From an uncultured Verrucomicrobiae bacterium (GTDB taxonomy: Bacteria; Verrucomicrobiota; Verrucomicrobiia; Chthoniobacterales; UBA10450), in NCBI GenBank assembly GCA_963801815.1, contig CAWDGJ010000001.1, positions 128,001 through 192,000 of the forward strand: 64,000 bases of DNA, given 5' to 3'. The notes beneath the pieces were generated by a model. It was not told the DNA's origin. It was given only the letters and a program-made list of their open reading frames with translations, and ran no database searches. Shown piece after piece: positions 1-8,499 of the stretch (position 1 is its first letter; each line of letters starts with the position of its first letter). The translations under genes and the position numbers were made by a program.

Positions 1-342
1 AATGGCTTTGAGCATGTCTCCTTCCGCTTCAGCAACTCGGAGTCGAATATAGTAGTCGAGCGTCTCTTTGAGGTGGGCTAAAACGATCCTTCCAGTGAGG
101 ATGGGATGGTTATTGGTGACATTAGCATCCGAAAAAGCCAAGCCGTGCTCCAACTCGACCTCCAATCCATCCCGAAAATCTTCCGTGGAGATGGCAAGGG
201 TCTCGCCTCCGATAATCTTCTTGATCGCGTTGGCCTCCTCGATTTTCACCTTCGCATCTGTCAACGCGGTCCAATCCCGGATGCCGATCGTGGAGCATAC
301 ATGCCGCACTTCCTCTTTCGTTATGTATTCAGGGATATTCAT
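1..342 (-). CDS. DUF5661-like protein, 3' end outside window (not in ORF track)
   Basis: Manual translation from ATG 342: MNIPEYITKEEV...DFRDGLEVELEHG...NVTNNHPILTGRIVLAHLKETLDYYIRL; GLEVELEHG/NVT/LAHLKE..DYY.RL pattern typical of DUF5661. Confidence 0.7.
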   Translation of the reverse strand, partial: MNIPEYITKEEVRHVCSTIGIRDWTALTDAKVKIEEANAIKKIIGGETLAISTEDFRDGLEVELEHGLAFSDANVTNNHPILTGRIVLAHLKETLDYYIRLRVAEAEGDMLKAI

Positions 343-382
343 TTTTGATGATTGGTGATTGATCAGTGATTTATGATTGCCT

Positions 383-458
383 GCCTAACGAGAGACACAA
401 TTCTCACCCACGGCCCGGCAGGCGCAAGTCGCAGTGGGTTGAATCAGACTAGCTAGGT
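383..458 (-). mobile_element. Degenerate integron attC site
   Basis: Minus strand ACCTAGC (degenerate R'')...CAACCCAC...GTGGGTGA...TCTCTCGTTAGGC (R'); same TCTCGTTAG end as attCs at 61-62 kb. Confidence 0.5.
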
Positions 459-691
459 CGACATCGAATCCATGACGCAGTGGAGCCGTTGGTAGCCAGC
501 GGCTTGGTTATGCGCTTAATGCGGCTGCGAAAGGGAGCACTAGCCGAGCTATAACGCTTCGATTTGAGTCTTCCCGCCTCATAATCGAATCCAATTATGG
601 GGATGGAATTGGCCGCTCGAAATCTAAACACAGACGAACTATCCTTTGTCAGGGTAAATCAGACAACGGATTCCCTTGGGAGGCATTATTT

Positions 692-1252
692 ATGAAAGCG
701 TTGTTTACCGCCATCTTCTGCGTTTTGTTTTGTGCTGATGTAATTCCGGCGGAACCGGACAAGGATGCATTAGAGAAGCTTGCCGCTCATATCGGAAAAA
801 CCTTCTGGTCACCGCCTGAAAAACGACTGGTCCGTGCCACAACCTATCAAAAGGGAAAGGATGGTTCTGGTTTTCGGAAAAACATAAGCAATCCAACAAT
901 CAGTCTGTTGCGCTATGCCACAGCCAAAGAAGCAGGCACAATTGCAGTTCCTCACTGGCTTCCTCGTGGCAGCATGGTCAAAATCCAGACCCAACAGGGT
1001 GTTTATGCCTATATTGCCTCTGATAACGGCGGCGATGTGGACAATCGAAGAGCGGCACAATCTTCAGGAAAAACAATAGAACAAAGAGGGGCAACGGTGC
1101 TCGACTTTTGTGCTCCAAAGCAATTGTGGCCAGATTTCATTATCGTTGAAATTTACTACTACGCGGGCAAGGTCCCTTTTGATAAACTCGGTCTTGAAGA
1201 TCAGAAAACGCTTTTCGCCTATGCTATGGAGTATGTAACAAAGCGTGAGTAA
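692..1252 (+). CDS. Secreted 3D-domain-like (double-psi beta-barrel) protein
   Basis: Signal peptide; IAVPHWLPRGS.VKI...YIASDNGGDV...VLDF resembles the 3D motif IAVDP..IPLGS...AxDTGG...IDxF. Confidence 0.55.
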   Translation: MKALFTAIFCVLFCADVIPAEPDKDALEKLAAHIGKTFWSPPEKRLVRATTYQKGKDGSGFRKNISNPTISLLRYATAKEAGTIAVPHWLPRGSMVKIQTQQGVYAYIASDNGGDVDNRRAAQSSGKTIEQRGATVLDFCAPKQLWPDFIIVEIYYYAGKVPFDKLGLEDQKTLFAYAMEYVTKRE

Positions 1253-1269
1253 TGGATTGAAGGTAGGAC

Positions 1270-1342
1270 TGCGGCAGGGTTCGTGGCAAACACGTTGAAG
1301 GTAGATCGCAATAGGGCCGTTGGCTTCATCGATTGGTTAGGT
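1270..1342 (-). mobile_element. Truncated attC site (R''/L'' half)
   Basis: Minus strand ACCTAACCAATCGATGAAGCCAACGGCCCTATTGCGAT..., near identical to the start of attC 61971; R' end missing. Confidence 0.7.
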
Positions 1343-1534
1343 CTCATTTTGCTTTAGCGGGCAGTCTTCGTGGTGAAATCCTAAACAGCCGCACGATGGG
1401 CAAGTGAATCGGCGAGGACGGGCCTCTTGCGGCCCATGTTTTTTGGTCCGCGGGAGCTCTCTGCTGAGATAGCGGTTCCGCGCAATATACTTAACGCGAT
1501 ATCGACCAACGCGGGAGCGCAATCCCTCCCTCAC
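1337..1534 (-). CDS. Possible small cassette ORF or remnant with CxxC..H..C motif
   Basis: Stop TAA lies in the attC R'' box as is usual for cassettes; CPSCGCLGFHHEDC; start uncertain. Confidence 0.3.
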   Translation of the reverse strand: MREGLRSRVGRYRVKYIARNRYLSRELPRTKKHGPQEARPRRFTCPSCGCLGFHHEDCPLKQNET

Positions 1535-1586
1535 CGCGCTTAATCGCTCGACAGGCTTTGATGCGGATCGAAGAGTAAGAGGAAGA

Positions 1587-2759
1587 ATGATTAGCGAAGA
1601 AGACGCGCGCGCGAGGATTTTAGAATCGGTTCGGCCCTTGCCGTCGCGGCGATTGTCGATCTTGGAGGCGCTTGGTCGATTTGCCGCGCAGGATTACATC
1701 GCGCGCGTGCCGCTGCCGGTGTTCGACAATTCGGCAATGGACGGTTACGCAGTTATTGCGAGCGCCTCCAAAAGAGGCGCGCGTTTGCGCGTGATCGGCG
1801 AGCAACCGGCTGGAGCCGATCGAAATCTGCGTGTTTCGAATGGAAATACTGTGCGGATTTTTACCGGCGCGCCGATGCCGGCGGGCGCGGACGCGGTCGT
1901 AATGCAGGAAGACATCACCAGAGATGGCGATGAGATTCTTGTGAACACAGATGTCGATCCTGGTGAATTTGTGCGCCGGCGAGGCTGTGATCTTGGCGAA
2001 GGTCAAAAAATTTTGAGCGCGGGCGAGCAACTCACCGCGGCGACAGCGAGCTTACTTGCGTCGCAGGGATTTGATGAGATCGCGGTCGGCAGCGAAGTGC
2101 GCGCGGCCATCGTTTCGACTGGCGACGAATTGGCGAACCCGGGGGAAAAACTTCGGCCTGGCCAAATTTATGACAGCAACTCAATCCTGCTTCAGGCTTT
2201 GTTGAAGCGTACCGGAGCTATCGTCGCCTCGAGCCAGCGCTGCAATGATGATGCGGGTTCGTTGAGAAACGCCTTTCAATCATGCGCGAAGAACGAAATT
2301 GTCGTTGTGAGCGGTGGCGTTTCGGTGGGTGAACACGATTTTGTTCAAGCAACACTGCGCGGACTCGGTGCCAGGATCGATATCTGGCGGGTAGCAATCA
2401 AGCCGGGGAAACCATTCTTGTTCGGGCGACTCGAAAACGCATTTGTGTTCGGCTTGCCGGGAAATCCGGTTTCCGCGTTTGTCACATTCCTGCAATTCGT
2501 CCGCCCGGCGATTTTGAAAATGATGAGCGCAACCGATCTCGAGTTACAGAAGGTGACCGCTCGACTAATGGTCGATCTAATCAACGACGGCGAACGGGCG
2601 CATTACTTTCGTGGAAAATTCGAGCACGGAACATTTGCGCCGATCGGGCGACAGGAATCGCACGCACTGTTTGGACTGAGTCAATCGAACGGGTTGTTGC
2701 GGCTCGCTCCGGGAGAAGGTCGCAAACGCGACGACCTGGTTGAATTGCAAGTGTGGTAA
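1587..2759 (+). CDS. moeA: Molybdopterin molybdotransferase
   Basis: FDNSAMDGYA, IFTGAPMP.GADAVVMQE, SGGVSVG, KPGKP, GLPGNPVS. Confidence 0.97.
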   Translation: MISEEDARARILESVRPLPSRRLSILEALGRFAAQDYIARVPLPVFDNSAMDGYAVIASASKRGARLRVIGEQPAGADRNLRVSNGNTVRIFTGAPMPAGADAVVMQEDITRDGDEILVNTDVDPGEFVRRRGCDLGEGQKILSAGEQLTAATASLLASQGFDEIAVGSEVRAAIVSTGDELANPGEKLRPGQIYDSNSILLQALLKRTGAIVASSQRCNDDAGSLRNAFQSCAKNEIVVVSGGVSVGEHDFVQATLRGLGARIDIWRVAIKPGKPFLFGRLENAFVFGLPGNPVSAFVTFLQFVRPAILKMMSATDLELQKVTARLMVDLINDGERAHYFRGKFEHGTFAPIGRQESHALFGLSQSNGLLRLAPGEGRKRDDLVELQVW

Positions 2760-2780
2760 CTCCTTTTGCGCGCGCGGAGT

Positions 2781-2808
2781 TTGACAGTCCAGCGGCGCAT
2801 TTTAGCTT
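2781..2808 (+). promoter_or_regulatory. Candidate sigma70 promoter of marR-tolC
   Basis: TTGACA-16 nt-TAGCTT immediately before the ORF. Confidence 0.3.
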
Positions 2809-2810
2809 AG

Positions 2811-3320
2811 ATGGCTTTGAACACGGAAACAGCGCTCGCGGAAAGCCTGCCTAGTCAATTCCGTGCTGACGCCGAACGCCTTTCTCACATCGTTCTCGAG
2901 ATGCAGCGTTGCTTCGTCCTGCATCTCTGCAAGGAACTCGCGCCGGGCAACGTTTCGTTTCCGCAGTTTTTTCTCCTCGCTTATCTCGACCAAAAGGAAG
3001 TGCTGACCATGTCGGCAATCGCGCAGAAAATGGGACATACCACGGCGGCAGCCAGCGGCCTGGTGGCACGGCTTGAGAATTTGGGAATGGTGGTCCGGTC
3101 CGTCGCGCGTGATGATCGCCGGAAGGTGATGGTCTGCATCACTCCGAAAGGTTCGGAATTAGTACGGCGAATTCGTCAGGAGATGGTTGGCAACCTGATG
3201 AAGATCATGGAATACCTTTCGCCGGAGGAGCAAAAAGCGTGGCTCCACATCTACAGCAAAATATACGATTATTGCCAATCGAAGGATTGCCGATCCTTTG
3301 GCAACCGTGCTAAAAGATAA
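2811..3320 (+). CDS. MarR family transcriptional regulator
   Basis: SFPQFFLL, LVARLE..G.V.R....DDRRKVMVCITPKG winged helix. Confidence 0.92.
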   Translation: MALNTETALAESLPSQFRADAERLSHIVLEMQRCFVLHLCKELAPGNVSFPQFFLLAYLDQKEVLTMSAIAQKMGHTTAAASGLVARLENLGMVVRSVARDDRRKVMVCITPKGSELVRRIRQEMVGNLMKIMEYLSPEEQKAWLHIYSKIYDYCQSKDCRSFGNRAKR

Positions 3321-3384
3321 ACTAGGATTGATTGAATCCGCGCCTTACCCTTGGCGCATCTAATTTTTAGACGCCTTAACCTTA

Positions 3385-5139
3385 ATGCGAAAAAGTCTTC
3401 TCGGATTTGCCTTAACTGCATCTTTGATCGCCCTCGTGGCCTTGGGACAGACTCCCAGTCCGACGGAGACCCCGGCCCCGACACCGGTGCTTGTCTCAAC
3501 CGCGACGCCAACGCCGGCGCCGTCCGCGTCGCTGACCCCGAACGATGTGGGCACCGTGTCTGTGCCGTCGACATTGGCGACGCCAAATGAATCGCCGTCA
3601 GCAACCCCGTCGTCCACGCCGATCGCGATCCGAGCCGCTGGCCTCGGCGAGAGCGATCTCGGCGTGTCGGAGGAAGGCGCACCCGTCTTCCGGATCGACC
3701 AGGCGGTGATTACGGCACTCGCTAAAAATCCGGCAGTTCTTCAGGCGCTTCAGGAGATCCGCCGGACTAAAGGCGTCATTATCCAGATTCGGGCGGAGGC
3801 TCTACCGCAGGTTGGGCCGAGCTTTAGCTGGAATTGGACGGATCCAAATCTGCACGACAACAGCAGTTTCTCGACGTTCAGTACCGGCGGCGGCGACGCC
3901 GGCGGCGGCGGCGGCATGGGCGTTGGCGGCATCAAGAATTTGCGCAGCGATATTACTTACAACGTCCAAGTGACCGGAACGCAGCTGGTTTTTAACTACA
4001 GTACATTCCGCGCAATTCGCGGTACGTTCTTCCAGCGCGATTCGGCCTACTTCGCGCTCCGCAACACTCTCGATACGACAATCGCAACCGTGAAGACCCA
4101 ATTTTATCAGGTGATCGTGAATCGCGAGTTGATCGTGGTTCAGGAGGATTCGGTTAGTCTGTTGGAGAGCCAGTTGAAAGATCAGCAAAACCGCTTTGAA
4201 GCCGGAACCGTCCCGCGGTTCAACGTGCTCCAGGCGCAGGTGCAACTCTACAATCAGATTCCCCAATTGATTGCCGCGCGGAATAGTTATCGAATCTCCG
4301 TGTTACAGTTAGCCAAGACTCTCGGCTTGGATTATGTTCAAGGAACGCGTATCCGCTTGCCGCTGCGCGTATCCGGAGATTTGACTTACGTTCCGCGGAA
4401 AATTGACCTGCTGGCGGCGCTCGAGGCTGGCCAACGTAATCGGCCATTGTTAAAAGAACAGCGCGCGAACGTTTTGAACCAGATCGAGCAAGTCCACGTT
4501 GCCATCGGCAGCTGGTTACCGAACGTCAATGCCAACGGCGGCGGCGAATGGCTGAGTAGGGAATTCAATCCAGGTTTTTTGGAGAATGTTTCAAAGGGCT
4601 GGTTGACGACAGTCACTGGCAGCTGGCCGATCTTCGATAGCGGCATGGCCTGGGGCAAGATCCAACAGCAGCGGGCGATATTATCGGAGCAAGAAATCAC
4701 TTACGACGACGACGTGCGCCAGGTCCAACTCGAGATCCAGCAAGCAGCTTCGAATTTGCTGCAGAACCGCGAGACCGTTGTAGCAACGGAGAAAAATCTA
4801 GAAACATCTGCGGAAGCTTTGCGCCTGGCAAAAGCGCGATTGGATGCGGGCGCGGGCACGCAGCTCGATGTTCTGAACGCTCAAGTGCAGCAGACTACAG
4901 CTCAATCCACGTACTTGCAGGCCCTCTTTGGCTACATCTCCTCGCTGGCCGACTTTGATCGCGCCACCGGTACACAGAGCTCGTACACCGAACGATTCGA
5001 CGGCATCGCACCGCGTGCGACCCAGAGCCGAACATATTATACCGGCAGCGATGTCGACGCCCGCGGGGAGCCTAAACTGAATCGGGGCATCCAGACGACC
5101 ACCACGACGACTACGACATCGCAAACAGGGGCGAAGTAG
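3385..5139 (+). CDS. TolC family outer membrane efflux protein
   Basis: Signal peptide, Pro/Ser/Thr linker, two OEP repeats (RFEAGTVPRFNVLQAQ; RLDAGAGTQLDVLNAQ). Confidence 0.9.
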   Translation: MRKSLLGFALTASLIALVALGQTPSPTETPAPTPVLVSTATPTPAPSASLTPNDVGTVSVPSTLATPNESPSATPSSTPIAIRAAGLGESDLGVSEEGAPVFRIDQAVITALAKNPAVLQALQEIRRTKGVIIQIRAEALPQVGPSFSWNWTDPNLHDNSSFSTFSTGGGDAGGGGGMGVGGIKNLRSDITYNVQVTGTQLVFNYSTFRAIRGTFFQRDSAYFALRNTLDTTIATVKTQFYQVIVNRELIVVQEDSVSLLESQLKDQQNRFEAGTVPRFNVLQAQVQLYNQIPQLIAARNSYRISVLQLAKTLGLDYVQGTRIRLPLRVSGDLTYVPRKIDLLAALEAGQRNRPLLKEQRANVLNQIEQVHVAIGSWLPNVNANGGGEWLSREFNPGFLENVSKGWLTTVTGSWPIFDSGMAWGKIQQQRAILSEQEITYDDDVRQVQLEIQQAASNLLQNRETVVATEKNLETSAEALRLAKARLDAGAGTQLDVLNAQVQQTTAQSTYLQALFGYISSLADFDRATGTQSSYTERFDGIAPRATQSRTYYTGSDVDARGEPKLNRGIQTTTTTTTTSQTGAK

Positions 5140-5159
5140 ATAACCGGGAAACTGTTGAC

Positions 5160-5822
5160 GTGAGTGTACGGGCTCCGGTGGAATATTTTCCGGCGCTAAA
5201 TGCGATCGCCAACATTCGCCATGCATTCATCGAACGTGTTCCGGGCATCGACGTTTCGCAGGATAAAGCCGAGGCATTGAAGCGACTTGAGGTTGTCCAG
5301 CGTGACGCGCGGCGCGAAATCGGAATCGGGGATTGGCCACTCCTGACCGCGCAGCAGGTCCACGGCGATAAAATTGCGGTGATTGATCGCCCGATCGGTC
5401 GCGACGACGAGTTTGCGGGCTGCGACGGACTGATCACGAACCAGAATCGACTCGCGTTGGGGATTCACGTCGCTGATTGCTGCGCGGTTTACCTTGTCGA
5501 TCCACGGACGCCGGCTATCGGCCTGGTGCATTCTGGAAAAAAGGGCACGGAGCTAGCGATTGCCGCAAAAGCGATTGAGCGGATGCGGGAAAGGTTCGGA
5601 TCCAATCCGGCCGACCTGATTGTCCAACTCAGCCCGTGCATTCGACCGCCACATTACGAGATCGATTTCGCGGCGCAGATCGTCGAACAATGCCGCGCCG
5701 CCGGGGCGAAACAAATCCACGACTCGGGCGTGTGCACCGCCTGCGATATCGGCCTCTATTATTCCTATCGCGCCGAAAAAGGGAAAACCGGCCGAATGCT
5801 CGCACTTCTCGGACTGCCGTAG
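5160..5822 (+). CDS. pgeF: YfiH/PgeF family (laccase-like, purine nucleoside phosphorylase) protein
   Basis: QQVHG, DGLIT, VADC, HSG, CTAC..YSYRAEKGKTGRM. Confidence 0.88.
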   Translation: MSVRAPVEYFPALNAIANIRHAFIERVPGIDVSQDKAEALKRLEVVQRDARREIGIGDWPLLTAQQVHGDKIAVIDRPIGRDDEFAGCDGLITNQNRLALGIHVADCCAVYLVDPRTPAIGLVHSGKKGTELAIAAKAIERMRERFGSNPADLIVQLSPCIRPPHYEIDFAAQIVEQCRAAGAKQIHDSGVCTACDIGLYYSYRAEKGKTGRMLALLGLP

Positions 5823-5832
5823 CGGCTCTTTA

Positions 5833-5898
5833 AACCGCGAAGCGCTACGAACCTCTTTGAGTGCTTAACCTTCGTGATCTTCGTGTGCTTCGTGGTGA
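5833..5898. repeat. Nonamer-built inverted repeat overlapping lpxA 3' end
   Basis: CTTCGTGAT/CTTCGTGTG/CTTCGTGGT with inverted arm ACCGCGAAG; encodes the HHEAHEDHEG tail of LpxA. Confidence 0.7.
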
Positions 5899-6671
5899 TG
5901 ATATGGACAGATGCCGCGTTTTGTCGCATTCGCGACGAAATCGAGAAACTCACGCGCGGCAGGACCAAATTTCGTTTCCGTAGCTTTTTCGATCGCCTGA
6001 TGAACGTTAAGTCCACTGTTGTAGATCAGCTTGAAAGCCGCCTTAATTTCATCGCGGTCCTTCGCGCTGATTCCTGCGCGCCGTAGCCCCACCACGTTCA
6101 AGCCGAAAACGTAATTGCGCTCGGCCGCGATCACGAACGGTGGAATGTCTTTGCTGAACGCGGATGCGCCTTGCGTGATCGCCAGTCTCCCGACGTTCAT
6201 GTGTTGATGAAACACGCAACCGCCGCCGAGAAATGCAGCGTCTCCAACACGGACGTGGCCGCCGAGCAGGCAATTGTTCGCGACGATGACGTTGTTGGCG
6301 ATTTCGCAGTTATGCCCGACGTGCGCGCCGGTCATCAGAAAATTGTTGTTGCCGATTTTCGTCACGCTTCCGTCGGCACTGCCACGATGGATCGTGCAGT
6401 GTTCCCGAATGACATTCTCATTTCCGATTTCCACGCGCGTTGTACGCTCCTCCGAAAATGAAAGGTCCTGCGGCGCCGTCCCAATGATAGCGCCCTGACC
6501 GATGACATTGTTCGCACCAATTCGAACATCAGACTCGATCATGGCGTGCGATTTGATCACTGATCTGTCTCCAATCTCAACGCCTGCATCGATCACCACG
6601 TAAGGTCCAATCTCAACGTCGACGCCGATCTTCGCTTCCGGATCAATGATTGCGGTGTGGTGAATGTTCAC
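5865..6671 (-). CDS. lpxA: Acyl-ACP--UDP-GlcNAc O-acyltransferase
   Basis: Hexapeptide repeats, PQDLSF, IREHCTIHRG, HVGHNC, GLNVVGLRRAG. Confidence 0.96.
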   Translation of the reverse strand: MNIHHTAIIDPEAKIGVDVEIGPYVVIDAGVEIGDRSVIKSHAMIESDVRIGANNVIGQGAIIGTAPQDLSFSEERTTRVEIGNENVIREHCTIHRGSADGSVTKIGNNNFLMTGAHVGHNCEIANNVIVANNCLLGGHVRVGDAAFLGGGCVFHQHMNVGRLAITQGASAFSKDIPPFVIAAERNYVFGLNVVGLRRAGISAKDRDEIKAAFKLIYNSGLNVHQAIEKATETKFGPAAREFLDFVANATKRGICPYHHHEAHEDHEG

Positions 6672-7414
6672 AGAACGCCGGCCTCCTTGAAGCTGAAATA
6701 GCCTGAGCCGCTGTTCGATTGGCCGCCAATAATGACATGATCGAGAAGTTTAATTTGCATCAGCTCGGCGGCTTCGGCGAGACGACGCGTTAAATTGTGA
6801 TCGGCCTGACTGGGCGATGGATCACCGGAGGGATGGTTGTGGACGACGATCACCGCGTAGGCCGACGCGATTACTGCCGGACGGAAAATTTCGCGCGGGT
6901 GGGCGATGCTCTCATTCACGCTGCCGGTGGAAATTTCCTGTGTGCGAATCAAATGGTAACGCGTGTCGAGGAGAATAACGCGCATCGCTTCTGTGCGGAG
7001 CATTCGCATTTCACCGCCCAGGAGCTCGTTTACCAGTTCCGGCGAATCGATTTTCTGTTTAGCCAGGGTTTCCCGGGCGAGCCGTTGTCCCAGTTGGAAC
7101 GCCGCCACCAGATGAAGCGCTTTATCTCGTTTGATGCCCCTTATTGTTTTCAATTCATCCAGACTGCAGCGACTCAACTGGTTCAACGATCCGAATTGCT
7201 GCAAAAGTTCGCGGGCAAGATCCACTACATTCTTTCCTGTCACCCCAGTGCGCAGCAAAATCGCGATTAGCTCGGCATCGGAAAGAGCAGACGCGCCGCG
7301 GGTTGCCAGTTTTTCACGTGGCCGTTCATCTTCCGGCATTTCACGAATGCGCGATTGCAAGGCTGGGGGGATGTGACTCGGGTTTGTCCGCAGATTTGTT
7401 AAAGAAACGATCAA
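6668..7414 (-). CDS. radC: RadC/UPF0758 JAB-domain protein
   Basis: ERPREKL, LSDAELIAILLRTG, HPREIF, HNHPSGDPSPSQAD, LLDHVII. Confidence 0.96.
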   Translation of the reverse strand: MIVSLTNLRTNPSHIPPALQSRIREMPEDERPREKLATRGASALSDAELIAILLRTGVTGKNVVDLARELLQQFGSLNQLSRCSLDELKTIRGIKRDKALHLVAAFQLGQRLARETLAKQKIDSPELVNELLGGEMRMLRTEAMRVILLDTRYHLIRTQEISTGSVNESIAHPREIFRPAVIASAYAVIVVHNHPSGDPSPSQADHNLTRRLAEAAELMQIKLLDHVIIGGQSNSGSGYFSFKEAGVL

Positions 7415-8436
7415 CTTCGAAATTGCTCGAGCATTTCGCGCAACGCGTCGGCGAGGCCCGCCAGCGCCTCGGTATAACGGTTCGGGGGAAGGCTTTCGAT
7501 CTGTCCTTGCCCTTCGGTGATGAGCGCCTGTCCAGCTTCTATCGACGCGCTAAGCGCGCCATTGGCCTCCGGCGAGTTCAGCATTTGGCCGATTTCTTCG
7601 AAACGCGCATCGAGGATCAATTGCGAAAAGTGTTCTTTGTCCGCGCCATTCCGTCCGCCCAGCACCATCAAGACTGGCAAAGTCAGCTTCCCTTTGCGCA
7701 AATCGCTTCCCAACGTTTTGCCGGTCAACCGCTCAGTGCCGGCGATGTCGATGCAATCGTCATAAATCTGGTAAGCCGTGCCGATTTTTTGGCCAAAAAC
7801 CTTCAACGACTCCTGCACCGCCGGAGTCGCTTTGCTCAGCAGGGCGCCCAGTTCGGATGCCACTGCAAAAAGCGAACCGGTTTTCATCTCGATGATACGA
7901 AGGTAGTCGTCGATACCGAGATGAAGATCGAACCGGCGTTGTGTTTGGATGATTTCCCCCGTGCAAACTTCACGCGCGGCGCGGGCAATCGACCGGCTGA
8001 CTTCCACTTCATCGAATTGAGCCGACAAATTAAGAGCGTGTGCAAAAAGCCAGTCGCCCAATAGCACGCTTAAAGAATTTCCCCAGCGTGCGTTCAATGT
8101 TGGCTGCGCCCGGCGCCATTCCGCTTCGTCAACGATATCGTCGTGCACCAACGTGGCGACGTGAATGAGTTCCACAATCACCGCCAAGTCGACATGTTCG
8201 GAATTGATCGACCCGACTGCGCCGCCACTCAGTAGAGCGACCAACGGGCGCAAACGCTTTCCGCGCCCGCCGATTGCATAACTGACGTAACCTTCCACCG
8301 CCGGATCGAAGGAAGATGCCTGGGCGATGATGCGCGACTCGACATCGTCGAGCTCTCGTCGCACCACTTCCGTCACTCGGCTCAGCGGCCCGTTCGGAAC
8401 TGTCGGCGCGAACGTCGAGGGTACGGTGGCTTCCAC
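7411..8436 (-). CDS. Polyprenyl diphosphate synthase (IspB/HepT-like); start uncertain
   Basis: GKRLRP, LVHDDIVD..RR, KTGSLF, YQIYDD. Confidence 0.93.
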   Translation of the reverse strand: MEATVPSTFAPTVPNGPLSRVTEVVRRELDDVESRIIAQASSFDPAVEGYVSYAIGGRGKRLRPLVALLSGGAVGSINSEHVDLAVIVELIHVATLVHDDIVDEAEWRRAQPTLNARWGNSLSVLLGDWLFAHALNLSAQFDEVEVSRSIARAAREVCTGEIIQTQRRFDLHLGIDDYLRIIEMKTGSLFAVASELGALLSKATPAVQESLKVFGQKIGTAYQIYDDCIDIAGTERLTGKTLGSDLRKGKLTLPVLMVLGGRNGADKEHFSQLILDARFEEIGQMLNSPEANGALSASIEAGQALITEGQGQIESLPPNRYTEALAGLADALREMLEQFRS

Positions 8437-8499
8437 AGGCGCAGAATAGAAGGGGGCGCCAGCGATTGTCAAAACAACACGTTCGGCAAAAAGCGGGAT

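Noticed and set aside
1535..1586. Moco riboswitch upstream of moeA
   Set aside because: Leader too short and no matching structure seen.
3885..3930. GGC-rich tandem repeat in tolC
   Set aside because: Ordinary Gly-rich low-complexity loop.
7144..8064. Long antisense ORFs (also 18334-19446, 33991-34653, 37509-38213)
   Set aside because: Shadow frames of well-supported genes in GC-rich DNA; no recognisable motifs.
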